Part shown: positions 1-12,329 of the stretch, piece after piece | Layout of the letters: the number at the start of each line of letters is the position of its first letter | Position numbering within the stretch: the stretch's first letter is position 1 | From: Macrostomum lignano | Lineage: Eukaryota | Reading direction: 5' to 3' | NCBI GenBank assembly: GCA_002269645.1 | Contig: NIVC01000581.1 | Location: 124,001-188,000 of the forward strand | DNA: 64,000 nucleotides | The notes under the pieces: model-generated | Told to the model about the DNA's origin: nothing | What the model saw: only the letters and a program-made list of their open reading frames with translations | Databases searched by the model: none | Position numbers and translations under genes: made by a program

Positions 1-944
1 CGCTTCAATGCAGCAGTTGTACATACTAAATGTAGTTTGTACATCAGCTCCATCAGTCTGTATGTGACACGGTCAGACCTATAAGACTCAGTGCAATGAA
101 TTGGGTCAGCTTTATAAGACTCAGTGGAATGAATTGGGTCAGCTCTATAAGACTCAGTGCAATGAATTGGGTCAGCTTTATACGACTCAGTGCAATGAAT
201 TGGGTCAGCTCTATACGACTCAGTGCAATGAATTGGGTCAGCTCTATAAGACTCAGTGCAATGAATTGGGTCAGCTCTATAAGACTCAGTGCAATGAATT
301 GGGTCAGCTTTATACGACTCAGTGCAATGAATTGGGTCAGCTCTATACGACTCAGTGCAATGAATTGGGTCAGCTCTATAAGACTCAGTGCAATGAATTG
401 GGTCAGCTCTATAAGACTCAGTGCAATGAATTGGGTCAGCTCTATACGACTCAGTGCAATGAATTGGGTCAGCTCTATAAGACTCAGTGCAATGAATTGG
501 GTCAGCTCTATAAGACTCAGTGCAATGAATTGGGTCAGCTCTATACGACTCAGTGCAATGAATTGGGTCAGCTCTATAAGACTCAGTGCAATGAATTGGG
601 TCAGCTCTATAAGACTCAGTGCAATGAATTGGGTCAGCTTCAAGGAAGCGATTAGGTGCTCCGAAAGAAATTGTGAAGAAATTCTGGGGTCAGTGGGCTG
701 AGCAATTACAGACTCCCCACTGCCACCGGCCTGCCTCATCTCAGTCTCCCTCCTCTTCCCAACCCTGCAAATCCTGCCTCGAGCTCGGTCTCAGTGCATC
801 CACATCAGCGCCATCAGAAGCTCACCTGTCAGCAGTGAATCCAAAATTCAGTTCGGCCAGCCATTCAGCCGTGACCGCCAATTCATCCTGGGCCAGGCGA
901 TGGCGATGCTGCCTGCCATTTTGGCCACGGGCTGGGCGATCCAT
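1..944 (-). CDS. Possible unidentified spliced gene running off the left edge (exons about 944-826 and 57-1)
   Basis: ATG at 944 opens MDRPARGQNGRQHRHRLAQDELAVTAEWLAELNFGFTAD, ending at AG|GTGAGC (826). Acceptor CATACAG at 58-60 continues in the matching phase 2 with RLMELMYKLHLVCTTAALK. The intron holds the 33-bp array. No family recognised. Confidence 0.3.
79..640. repeat. 33-bp minisatellite, about 17 copies (CTCAGTGCAATGAATTGGGTCAGCTCTATAAGA)
   Basis: Direct tandem units with TAAG/TACG variants; source of ORFs 53..739, 96..701 and 101..655. Confidence 0.95.
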
Positions 945-1162
945 CAGAGCCGGCTTGGCAGGCCGGCAGAGGACAGCGAGCGGCCCTCAGCGGTGTCCGA
1001 TTTCACCGGGGCATTGCAGCAGTGTCAAAAATCGACTTCCATTGTTCTCCCCAGAACCCCAGGCCCCATTGTGTTGTGCCGCGGCCATAAACTCGATCGG
1101 ACTCGAGATTGGGAATTGGCACTGTTTTGATGCCAATGCAGCGTCTTTTTGTGCTTAAAACA

Positions 1163-1651
1163 CTGGCCAGGGACACCTGAGCTGGGATCTGGACTGCCAG
1201 GGACACCTGAGCTGGGATCTGGGCTGCCAGGGACACCTGAGCTGGGATCTGGGCTGCCAGGGACACCTGAGCTGGGATCTGGGCTGCCAGGGACACCTGA
1301 GCTGGGATCTGGGCTGCCGGGGACACCTGAGCTGGGATCTGGGCTGCCGGGGACACCTGAGCTGGGATCTGGACTGCCAGGGACACCTGAGCTGGGATCT
1401 GGACTGCCAGGGACACCTGAGCTGGGATCTGGGCTGCCGGGGACACCTGAGCTGGGATCTGGACTGCCAGGGACACCTGAGCTGGGATCTGGACTGCCAG
1501 GGACACCTGAGCTGGGATCTGGGCTGCCGGGGACACCTGAGCTGGGATCTGGACTGCCAGGGACACCTGAGCTGGGATCTGGACTGCCAGGGACACCTGA
1601 GCTGGGATCTGGGCTGCCGGGGACACCTGAGCTGGGATCTGGGCTGCCAGG
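1163..1651. repeat. 30-bp minisatellite, about 16 copies (GGACACCTGAGCTGGGATCTGGGCTGCCAG)
   Basis: Direct tandem units with two binary variant positions. Confidence 0.95.
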
Positions 1652-2635
1652 GAAAGTTGAAAGTCGCTGTGAAATCCAAAATCACAGAGCAGAAAAACTA
1701 TTTTCAGTCCTGTTTGAGCTTGGCTTTGAGAAATTCTCGGTCAGAATCGCATTGGAGAGATTTCTGCAGCCTTGCAGTGAGGGCAGGGTTACCCGCAGGC
1801 TTCTGCAAAATGCTGCTCCACATTCTGCCCAAGTCCCCTCGGCTCGGCACACAGAGCCGCAGACAGGGCTGACAGACAGATTACCCGATAGAGACCAGCC
1901 TGCTTCTTTTGAAGGGGGGGGGGCGCCTCGAATAGATGGGATATTTTCCCCTCTCACAAGCGGGTTGTAAAATCGAATTTCCGAATGAGAGGGTTGTGAG
2001 AGATAGCTTTTTATTGCAGTTGGGGGTGGGGAAATAAAGGGATTGCTTTCGCAGGTAGATGTTGTCTCCCCCGGCCTCGCTTTTGTTGCGCAGATTCGGA
2101 ACTCATTGACTCGCAGTTCGGCCCGTGCCGAGACACTCGGCTCCCGCATCAACTCCCCCTTCGGCTCCCCTGCCCACTGCACAGGCGGCGCATGCGGGCA
2201 ATATGGGGCTGCTCGCCCCTCCCCCCCCCCCTGGAGCAAAGCGGAGCCAGTCAGCCATGCGAACCCATCTGTTCTCTGTGAGCGGATTTATTGAAATTCA
2301 GCTTCTCCCGCTCTTCCCTTTCCTGGGTTCCCACTAGTCAAGCGAGCCGCAGTCAAGCGGAGGTGCCTCACCGGCTCCCCACCGGCCCGCCGGCCTGTGT
2401 GCCTGTGCTGCCCCCCCCCTCCCCGTGTTTGACGGCCCCGCGTGGCAGAGTGGCGTGCAGTGCGCCAGGGCGGGGCGGCCTTCCAGCTTTATTGGGATGT
2501 CTGGCAGTTCCGCAGTGCACGGGAATTGCGAACCAAGGACCCAGCCTTTGTCCCCAGACTGGGGAGGACAAAGGCAGAGGGACACGAGTGAGTCATGGGT
2601 AGGACTTGCACTTTAGCTGCCGGCGGCTGTGCTGT

Positions 2636-2639
2636 ATCC

Positions 2640-2703
<64 letters not shown>

Positions 2704-2716
2704 GTCTATCTATCTA
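2636..2716. repeat. (ATCT)n microsatellite
   Basis: About 20 ATCT units. Confidence 0.95.
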
Positions 2717-4751
2717 ATCAGACGTCATGATACATATATACTGTATATGTGTATATATATCTCGCGCAGTCACTTTTTTTCTTTTTTAGTCTCTATTCCA
2801 TTTCTTAGCGTTTAGCACAAAGAAGAACTCAATTGAGGCACTCTTGAAAATCTACTAGCAATTCCTTTCTAACAAAGCAGCAATTAGAACTCCATATGAT
2901 AAGCCAGGTGACCACGTGACGTGACGCTTTCCAAGTTTTTTTTCAATCCCGAGTTGCAGAGAAGTCGCACATTTTTTATGCCGCTCCACTTGATGCATTT
3001 TTTTGCACTTCAACATTCAGTCCGTATGGTAGGTGTTGAGGCGCTCATCCCCTGTCAGATTAGTAATGACAGTAATTATGGCTGGCTGAGCACCCTGCTC
3101 AGGCTGGCGCATCCCCTGGGGAGGTTTTCCAAGAATTGCTAAAAAACTGACAAGTCCGGCCGGCAGGGAGGCGGGGGCTCCATTGTCAATCAGCCCATTG
3201 TTGCGCGCCTCTGCGCTGCGGCCCCTCGCTGTTCAGCTGACGGTTCGGCCCAGCGGGAGACCCGCAATCGGGGATTCGAACCCCCGACCTGTCTGTGTGG
3301 GAAGTGACTGGCAGGCACTTGATGAGCTGAGAACAGCCGATTGAATCGCAGGTTTTTTGCAAGCCGCTTCGCTGAGCAAACGGTGGGAAGAGGAGGCACT
3401 GATGAGGCGCGGCAGAGCCTGGGACCTCCCACTGCTAACATTGTTGAAGGCGGGCCCACTTGACAAGGCCGGGACTCGAGGGGGATCTGTTATCGACTCA
3501 TCTCGACTCCCGAATCCCCTCGGCGGCCGGGGCTGTGGCAAAGAGCTGCCCTGCGAATTGGTGAAATATTTATGAGACTCACCGCGACTGACTGGCAGGC
3601 GTGAAATTCCAATTTCCAGCTCAGCTGACTGCCACTGCGAGCTGAAACCCGTCAAGCTCAACACTGCATTTATCTAAGCAGACACTAATAAGGGATGAGA
3701 CTCGATACTCAGCAAGCGGGAAGTCATTAGGGCCCGTCATGCGGGATCGAGCTTCAATGCTTTACAGAGACCCCGAGGCTTCCGCAGAACAATAATCATT
3801 TTTCATTGTTGCCGCAAGTTGCCATTATTCCTCGGGACCATAACAGCTCGTTAAAATCATCCCGGACATTGTTTCCCATTTACCCAGCCCGTATTGCAAT
3901 CGGGGAGCATTGCGGGGCGGCGGGCAATCTTGCCGCGATCTGTTTGCGCCACCGCCCGCGCCCTGCGGGATAAAAATGGATTTGGGGATCGGAGGCGGCC
4001 CCGGTTGCGCCACGGCCCGCATGCGCCGCCCCGCCAGCCACCTGCGGCGCTGCTCCGCCCGGTGCAAAACTGGCCGCACCTTCATATTTTCTGCTGCTCA
4101 TGGAGTTCATTCGGTGCAATCCTGCTCACACACGCGACAGGCCGGCTCGGTCGGAGCGAAATCGAATTTCTCATTTTCTTGCTGGCGGTGGCGCAACCGA
4201 CGGAGCCGCCCAGTCAGCTGTATCGATGTCGGCTCCCTTCAGCCTCTCCGCTTTATCAAGATTGGCACTGCACTGGGTGGGGAGGCCTGCATGGCCTGTC
4301 ATGTCAACGGCTGGCCCCGAATGATGAAGATCTGCAGTCTCCATGCGTTTTTTATCAACCCAAGGCCGCATTATAGCGGGCTCGCCGATGTTTTTTCGCC
4401 CCCCGCGAGCCTTCAAGCCCGTCATTTGGCTGCGCTCCCCGGGCCATGGATACCGGCTGGCAACGGAGACCTTTGCGTCCTCTTTAGGCGTGGAATGGGG
4501 ATAAATATCCCCGGGGGTCGCCTGTCTGTCAACCCGCCGCAGTCTCGTTGCGTAAGCAGGCAACAAACAGTGGCTGCGCGGCCTCTCCTGTGCTCAAGCA
4601 GTGCTCAGGGGTCTCCCTAAGCAGTCAGTGCTCAAGGAGTCTGACCAGAGTCATGCATTGCCTTGCTGAGGATTTCATGAGATTTTCGCGGCTCTCAGCC
4701 TGGCATGCGCGTGTAATGGCGCTTTGGAGCCTGGATCTGCGGTGGCGTGTG

Positions 4752-4960
4752 ACAGGGGTGAGATGCGAGAGTGAGATGTGAGAGTGAGATGAGAGAGTGA
4801 GATGAGAGAGTGAGATATGAGAGAGTGAGATATGAGAGAGTGGGATGTGAGAGAGTGAGATGCGAGAGAGTGAGATGTGAGAGAGTGAGATGCGAGAGAG
4901 TGAGATGCGAGAGAGTGAGATGCGAGAGAGTGAGATGTGAGAGAGTGAGATGCGAGAGAG
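4752..4960. repeat. 15-bp purine-rich tandem repeat (GAGAGTGAGATGYGA)
   Basis: About 14 units. Confidence 0.9.
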
Positions 4961-5419
4961 CCATCCTTTGCCCGGGCATGCGCGCCATTGTTCGCGGCTT
5001 CTTCAAGCCCGCCCGGACTTTGCCCGCTTTGTTTGCCGACTGTCACAGCGCTGAGTGACTGACGGGCGGCATCTCCGGGGGGGGACCTGTTGGCTCTGCG
5101 TGTGGCCGCTTTGTACTGCGGGATTTGTTGAGCAAACAGACTCGGCCGAGGCTCCCGGTGGCTCCATGACAGCCCATTGTTTGCCGCAGGGAGGGCAAAC
5201 AGACTCTGCTTTTGCGAGCAGCTGCTTGCCCCGAGTTTTTCATTAGTTTTCCTCACCGGCGTGGGAGTCGAATTGCTAAACAAAACATATTTTCGACAGC
5301 AATGGGATATTAACTATTTGCTGGGGATCCGGGATTGGGATAAAATGGAAGGCTTGGCGCATGTTGTTCTTGTGCAAACAAACTGCAGGGCGGAGTCGGG
5401 CTTGGAAAACAGCGGATAG

Positions 5420-5910
5420 AAATCCATGGAGAATGGGGTGGGAGAATGGGAGATCAGAGAAAAGGAGATGGGAGAATAGGTTGGGAGATGGGAGAATGGG
5501 AGATGGGAAAATAGGTTGGGAGATGGGAGAATAGGTTGGAAGATGGGAGAATAGGTTGGGAGATGGGAGAATAGGTTGGGAGATGGGAGAATAGGTTGGG
5601 AGATGGGAGAATAGGTTGGGAGATGGGAGAATAGGTTGGGAGATGGGAGAATAGGTTGGGAGATGGGAGAATAGGTTGGGAGATGGGAGAATAGGTTGGA
5701 AGATGGGAGATTGGAGAATAGGAGATGGGAGATGGGAGATGGGAGATGGGAGATGGAGAATGGGAGAATGGGAGAATGGGAGATGGGAGTATGTGAGGTA
5801 GGAGAATGGGAGGTAGGAGAATGGGAGATGGGAGATGGGAGATGGAGAATGGGAGAATGGGGAGAATGGGAGAATGGGAGAATGGGAGATGGGAGAATGG
5901 GAGAATGGGA
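5420..5910. repeat. Purine-rich GGGAGAT/GGGAGAAT array with a 20-bp core unit (GGGAGATGGGAGAATAGGTT)
   Basis: Tandem units visible directly. Confidence 0.9.
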
Positions 5911-6592
5911 TAACGGTATAGAGCAGAGAGTTGCGATCAAAGCCACGGGCTCGGGGTTTCCAGAAGGCAGCCAGCCAGCCCTGTCCGAGCTGGTCATCGG
6001 ACACCTGGAATGGCCGGACAGTTAGAGGGAATAAAGCGGCTGAGAAGGCTGAGTAAGTTGGACAGTTGAAGTGGGACTTAGCAGGCGGATTAAACGCGCG
6101 CATTATTTCAAGTGCTTGAGTCCACGCGCATATCGCTGACCGGTAAAGCGCAGCTGCAGCCCCCCCCCCCCCCCCTGTTTGTGCCACTTCGTCCCAAAGC
6201 TCGCCCGCAATGCAAGTGAAAAATTAAAATTGCCCTGAGCCAATAATCGGGCGCCAAGTCCGACCCGCAAAGCCGCTCGCTAATTCCGCAGCCTGCACCT
6301 GAACTGGGGGGGGGGGCAACTCACGGAAAATATTTCATCGGCAGCTCAGCGCGGGCATTAACAGAAACTGCCATTGGGAGGTGTGCGAAAGACGTGGAGG
6401 CCCGGCCCTTGGCACGCCCAGCCAATCAGCGGCCGCGCACCGCCCCCCCCCACCCGAGGGGACCCCAGACAAAATAAGAGGCCTTGAGATTTGCAGAGCG
6501 TGCCAGTCTGCAAACCCCGAAGCTCCTCCTGCCACTCTGTCGCGTGTCCTCTCGAGTTTCTGTCTGAAAGCCCAGCAGAGACGCCCAGCCCC

Positions 6593-9500
6593 ATGGCTCC
6601 AGCCACGCCGCGCCTCAGCCGCAGCAGCGGACGCAGCTTCCGCCGCCTTCGCAGCCTCACACGCTCCTGCCGGCGCAGGCAGCCGCTGCCACCCCGCCCG
6701 GAGACGCCGCCAGTGGCGCTGCTGGCCGCCTCGCCCTGCCCGCTGCGTTTCCTCGCCTTCTCGGTGCCCCCCAGCCCGCTCGCACCGCCGCCCTCCGCCT
6801 TGGCGCCCGCTGCCCAGCCGCCGCAGGCCCCGCAGCAGCAGCGGCCCTCCTGGCTGCGGCGGCTCGGCGGCCGGCTGCCGCGGACTCCGTTCCGCCACCG
6901 CCTGCGGCTCCCCGCCGCCGCGGCTGGCCGGCTGCTGCATCGCCAGAAGGCGCAGCGGCTTCGGCAGCAGCAGCTGCAGCTCACCGTCACCCCCACCCTG
7001 TTTGCCGCAGCCTGCCAAGCCGCGCTCGCCGCCCGCCGCAACCGCGGCCTGGCGGAGCTCCCAGCCGCCGGGGACGCCACACCGGTCGCCTTCGCCGCCC
7101 GCCGGGAGACGCCGCAGCCGCAGCCGCCGGCGCCGCCTGCCAGATTCCCGCAGCCAGCGCCGGAACTCGACTTTGGTGTGAGTTTCATTTCACTTTTTCA
7201 TTTAGCGTGCATGCGCGCTGTGCCTACTTTTGGCAGCGTCCCTAGTAGTAACGATAGCGTAGGAAACGTATTTTTATGCTCGAATTTTACAATTATCTGT
7301 CTGATTTTGGCTAAGGGCTTAAAGGAAAAGCTGCAGGATTGATGTTGAGGCATATTTACTGATGCACAGTGACACACAACTATCATCATATTTACTGATG
7401 CACAGTGACACACAACTATCATCATATTTACTGATGCACAGTGACACACAACTATCATTTGTACTCATTTTTCATTAACAGCGATCCACTGAGAAGGTCG
7501 TCCACTCCAGGAACGGCTCGGCTGTCAGCTTGCAGCAGCAGCAGCAGTCAGCGGCAGCGCCGAGGGTGAGTCGGATTCTCGCTTTCCTACTGTTACGAGT
7601 ACTGTTAAGCACTGGCTTATGCTGGGGTCAATGCTTGCATGTGTTGGCGGTGTCTCCAACTATTTGCATAAACTATTTGCATAACCAAGCAAGCCCACGA
7701 TATGTATCGAAACTGGTTACAGCTCAGCCTAAAACCTCGATATGTATTGAAATCATGACAGCCCTAGAACCCACCAGTCCCAAAGCCGATATGTATGGAA
7801 AATAACAAAACCAAGCCCACTGCGTACAGTCGGCGGAGCCCGCGGCTTCCGTTGAGCTGCGCCCCAAGCCGGCGGTGCCGCAGCGCCTGTCCCGGCAGCG
7901 GCCGAGCTCCCAGCTGCTGCAGCCGCCGCCAAGCGCCGCCACTGCTGTCTCCGGGGACGTCGCGGAGCCGCACGTGACGCTGAGGCCGAAGCGGCCGTCT
8001 GCCAGGCGGGCCTCCTCAGTGGCCGCCGAGAGCCGCAAGGTGGTGCTCATGAGGAATCACAACCCAGTGGCTAATCGCAGCTTGAATTGGCGTGCCGTGT
8101 GACTTAATCAAATCTGTTATCATTAATATCGGACAGCAAATTTAATCATTGACTAACTTGCTTACAGCGGCAGCTTATCGGTTAAATGATTAAAAAACTG
8201 ATTCGGTTTTCAAAGCTTTTACTTTTAGTAGTCTGTCACGCGAATTATGCGATAACTCATAGTTGCCTTATCTTCGGCTCGCGTAGTTGCAACACGCTTT
8301 CCCAGCCTCATCGGACGCGTCATCACTCAAATCCCAAATCCTGCCATTGCAGAACCTGACGGCCACCCGACCGCAGCAGCAGCAGGCGGCCACGCTGGCA
8401 GCCAACCCGCTTCCGGTTGAAGTCGAAATTCGAACTCGGAATACCGTCAACCAGGCGGCCCAGGTGAGCCTAATTAGCCCTTAATCCCGTCCTTAACTGC
8501 ATGAAGCCTCACTGAGCTTAAATTGAAATTTCACCTCCTGCTGCCTCTTTCACCTCTGCAGGACCGGCGGCAGCCAGCGGCCCCCGCAGCGCCGCCCCCG
8601 CAGATTCCGCTGAGGGACAAGCGGAGCAGCCAGCTGCATCCGGTGAGTCCGCAGATCCTGTGCTCTTCTGAAGGGCTTTGACTGCCCTGTCCCACCCCTG
8701 TCTCTTGTCTGTCCCACCCTGTCTCTTGTCTGTCCCACCCTGTCTCTTGTCTGTCCCACCCTGTCTCTTGTCTGTCCCACCCCTGTCTCTTGTCTGTCCC
8801 ACCCCTGTCTCTTGTCTGTCCCACCCTGTCTCTTGTCTGTCCCACCCTGTCTCTTGTCTGTCCCACCCTGTCTCTTGTCTGTCCCACCCCTGTCTCTTGT
8901 CTGTCCCACCCCTGTCTCTTGTCTGTCCCACCCTGTCTCTTGTCTGTCCCACCCTGTCTCTTGTCTGTCCCACCCTGTCTCTTGTCCGTCCCACCCCTGT
9001 CTCTTGTCTGTCCCACCCCTGTTTCTTGTCTGTCCCACCCTGTCTCTTGTCTGTCCCACCCTGTCTCTTGTCTGTCCCATCCCTGTCTCTTGTCTGTCCC
9101 ATCCCTGTCTCTTGTCTGTCCCACCCCCTGTCTCTTGTCTGTCCCACCCCCTGTCTCTTGTCTGTCCCACTCCCTGTCTCCTGTCTGTCTTGTCTCCACC
9201 CTGCTCCCCAGTCTAATCTGTCAACCAGCTCGGATCATCTCAAAGCAGCTCTAATCGCCTCTAATCATGTCTAATCGTCTCTATAATCGTCTAATCATAT
9301 CTAACTATCTCTAATAATCTCCAATAATCTCTAATCATATCTAATCGTCTCTAATCATCTCTAATCATCTTTAATCATCTCTAATCATCTCTAATCATCT
9401 CTAATCATCAATAATAATCTAATCAGCACCCGTCTAACCAGCCGCCGCACCCCGCCTCCTCAGGAGTCAGCCGCGCCTCAGTCGCAGCCGCAGCGCCGCT

Positions 9501-10600
9501 CCCACCTGTTCGGGTCGTCACCCGATGCAGCCCCGGCGGTGTCGGTGGGTCCCGGCCGCGCCATCCCCGTCAAGCAGGGCGTGTTGGCCAAGCGCTGCAC
9601 TGGCGGTATCTCCTCCGAGTGGCGCCGCAAATTCGTCACCCTGGGCGAGGACGGCCGCCTCACCTACTACGCCAGCCTCCACGAGTACATGGAGAACGGC
9701 CGCGGCCGCTGCGTGGACCTCGGCCAGGCCACCGTCCGCCTGCAGGACCACCCGCACCACCACCACAAGCGCGGAAAGTCCGGCGGTTCCGGCAGCGAGG
9801 CCGCCGGATTCGAACTCGTGACCTTGGACGGCCGGGTCCGCCAGTTCGAGGCGCCCAACCGCGACGTCCGCGACGCCTGGGTGACCGCCCTGCGCGCCGC
9901 CACCCTCGGCCGCCTGCGCGCTGGCCGCGACGGCGACGTTGATGGAAACGACGCTGCCGCTCTGCTGGACGCGGCCCGCCGGTTGCCAGGCAACGAGCGC
10001 TGCGCGGACTGCGGCGCCCCGCAGCCAGACTGGGCCAGCGTCAGCCTCGGCCTCCTCATCTGCCTGCGCTGCAGCGGCGCCCACCGCCAGCTCGGCACCC
10101 ACCTGAGCCGCGTCCGCTCGCTGCACCTGGACTCCTGGACCACCGGCCACGCCTTGCCGCTCAGCGTCGTTGGCAACGCGCTTGGCAACGGTGTCTGGGA
10201 GGCGCGCCTGCCGCCGGGCGCTCGGCCGTCTCCAGACGCGGACAGCGCCGAGTGGGAGGCCTTCGCCCGCGCCAAATACGAGCGCGGCGACTTCCTGCCC
10301 GAGGCCGCGCGGCCTTCCGACCTCGCCGACGCCGCTGCTTCCGGCGACACCCGCCGACTGCTGGCCGCGCTGGCCCGCGCCAGCCCCGCCGACCTGGACG
10401 CCGTCCCCGCCGACCCCAGCCGCCTGCCGCCGCTGCACGCCTGCGCTGCCGCGGGCAGCCGCGCCCACCTCCAGCTGCTACTGTGGCGCGGCGCGAGCCC
10501 CGGCGCCAGAGACCGGCGCGGCCGCACGGCAAGCGACTGCGCCAGGGCGGCGGGCCACGCGGACTGCGAGAAACTCCTGCGGCTGGCCTGCAGCTCCTGA
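6593..10600 (+). CDS. AGAP: AGAP/centaurin-gamma-type ArfGAP (PH + ArfGAP + ankyrin) with a low-complexity N-terminus; 6 exons
   Basis: Exons 6593-7177, 7482-7565, 7830-8039, 8353-8463, 8562-8642 and 9464-10600, all GT-AG and phase 0. The last exon has the AGAP PH start GRAIPVKQG..KR....EWRRKFVTL, the ArfGAP zinc finger CADC-x16-CLRCSGAHR and ANK-like repeats. The last exon is secure; the N-terminal exons are less so. Confidence 0.85.
7351..7458. repeat. 36-bp unit x3 in AGAP intron 1
   Basis: CATATTTACTGATGCACAGTGACACACAACTATCAT repeated three times. Confidence 0.9.
8685..9190. repeat. 21/22-bp minisatellite in AGAP intron 5 (CCACCCTGTCTCTTGTCTGTC)
   Basis: More than 20 units. Confidence 0.95.
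9250..9425. repeat. Degenerate 10-bp repeat (CTAATCATCT) in AGAP intron 5
   Basis: Visible tandem units. Confidence 0.8.
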
Positions 10601-11114
10601 CGGCCTCCCCGCCTGCCCTCAGCCTCCGTCTGCCAGATTTCTCTTCAAGTTTCTGTACACAAGTGTTGCGCTGAGCGCTCCGTTTCTTGCCTGCCTGTGG
10701 CTCTCCGTGTCTTCTTGCGCCCTGCGCTGCCCCGGGCCGCCCCTCCGTCCTGCAGCTGCCGACTCTCCCGCTGCCCTCCAGTGCATCGCTTTGATGAGTT
10801 TTACGCACTGCACTACCTACTCACTGGTTAGTAGTAATATTTGCGGTTTTAACAATCGTTCTCTACAGTGATTACACTCTGTTAGTGCTACTGACTTCCT
10901 CAGTAATATATAGCTGATAACATATTGTTTTGCCCTCATTTTATTCTCTGAAAGATTTGTACAGATGTGCACTCGATGAATAATAATACATATAAAGTGT
11001 ATGCTAAACTCTTCACTGCATTGCCATAACACTTATCATAACCGCAACATTTGTTTGACACATTTTTTATCAATTTGTGAATTGGTTACCAGATCTGAAT
11101 ACCCGAGGACAGAA

Positions 11115-11900
11115 AGGTGGATGCTGGGACAGGGTGGGCGCGGATGCTGGGACAGGGTGGGGGCGGATGCTAGGACAGGGTACAGGTGGATGCTGGGACA
11201 GGGTGGGTGCGGATGCTGGGACAGGGTGGAGGCGGATGCTGGGACACGGTGGGGGCGGATGCTGGGACACGGTGGGGGCGGATGCTAGGACACGGTGGGG
11301 GCGGATGCTAGGACAGGGTACAGGTGGATGCTGGGCCAGTAAGGGTGCATGCTGGGCCAGTAAGGGTGGATGCTGGGCCAGTAAGGGCGGATGCTGGGCC
11401 AGTAAGTGCGGATGCTGGGCCAGTAAGGGCGGATGCTGGGCCAGTAAGTGCGGATGCTGGGCCAGTAAGGGCGGATGCTGGGCCAGTAAGGGCGGATGCT
11501 GGGCCAGTAAGGGCGGATGCTGGGCCAGTAAGGGCGGATGCTGGGCCAGTAAGTGCGGATGCTGGGCCAGTAAGGGCGGATGCTGGGCCAGTAAGGGCGG
11601 ATGCTGGGCCAGTAAGGGCGGATGCTTGGCCAGTAAGGGCGGATGCTGGGCCAGTAAGGGCGGATGCTGGGCCAGTAAGTGCGGATGCTGGGCCAGTAAG
11701 GGCGGATGCTGGGCCAGTAAGTGCGGATGCTGGGCCAGTAAGGGCGGATGCTGGGCCAGTAAGGGCGGATGCTTGGCCAGTAAGGGCGGATGCTGGGCCA
11801 GTAAGGGCGGATGCTTGGCCAGTAAGGGCGGATGCTTGGCCAGTAAGTGCGGATACTGGGCCAGTAAGGGCGGATGCTTGGCCAGTAAGGGCGGATGCTA
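11115..11900. repeat. Compound array: GGATGCTGGGACAGGGT-type units grading into 21-bp GGATGCTGGGCCAGTAAGGGC
   Basis: Two related unit types share the GGATGCTGGG core. Confidence 0.9.
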
Positions 11901-12329
11901 TGGAATGGGCTAGGTATTGAATTCATGTTGTATTATAATTTACGCTACGCTGCCCGCCATCTCAAGATGACATTGATAGCCGATGACGTGGCCGAGTGGC
12001 TAGACTACATGTACATAGGCTAGCAAGCGATTTTCAATGATTTCTCCTACGCCCTTCAGCAGAGCTGCGGCAAAGTATTGACTCAACGCTGATCCCGATG
12101 CGTAGCTAAATGACCCACATGTAATTAGTTGCTTACTGTATTGCTTCATAATCGAATTGCTAAAGTGCCAGCTCTCCGAAAACTTTGCCGAAAATGCGGG
12201 GCTGGGGGGGTCGTGCTTTTCTAGCAAAACATCCACTTCCCATTTGTCCAATTAGAAGTGACCATTGACCCGTCCTTCAAACCGCGCTGCCAAGCAACCG
12301 AGTGACGTCATTGCGCAAGCCTGCTATGA

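Noticed and set aside
3255-3330. tRNA gene or SINE (minus-strand GGTTCGAATCCC B box, shares CAGGTCGGGGGTTCGA with the SINE near 29400)
   Set aside because: No convincing A box, cloverleaf or CORE block; at most a decayed fragment
1651-6500. Additional coding exons, including a missing AGAP GTPase-like domain
   Set aside because: ORFs are low-complexity or GC-driven with no recognisable motifs and no phase-consistent exon chain
9478-10871. Overlapping antisense or alternative-frame ORFs over AGAP (likewise over USP, PTPA, PPIL2 and PDCD6)
   Set aside because: Expected shadows of very high GC3 coding sequence
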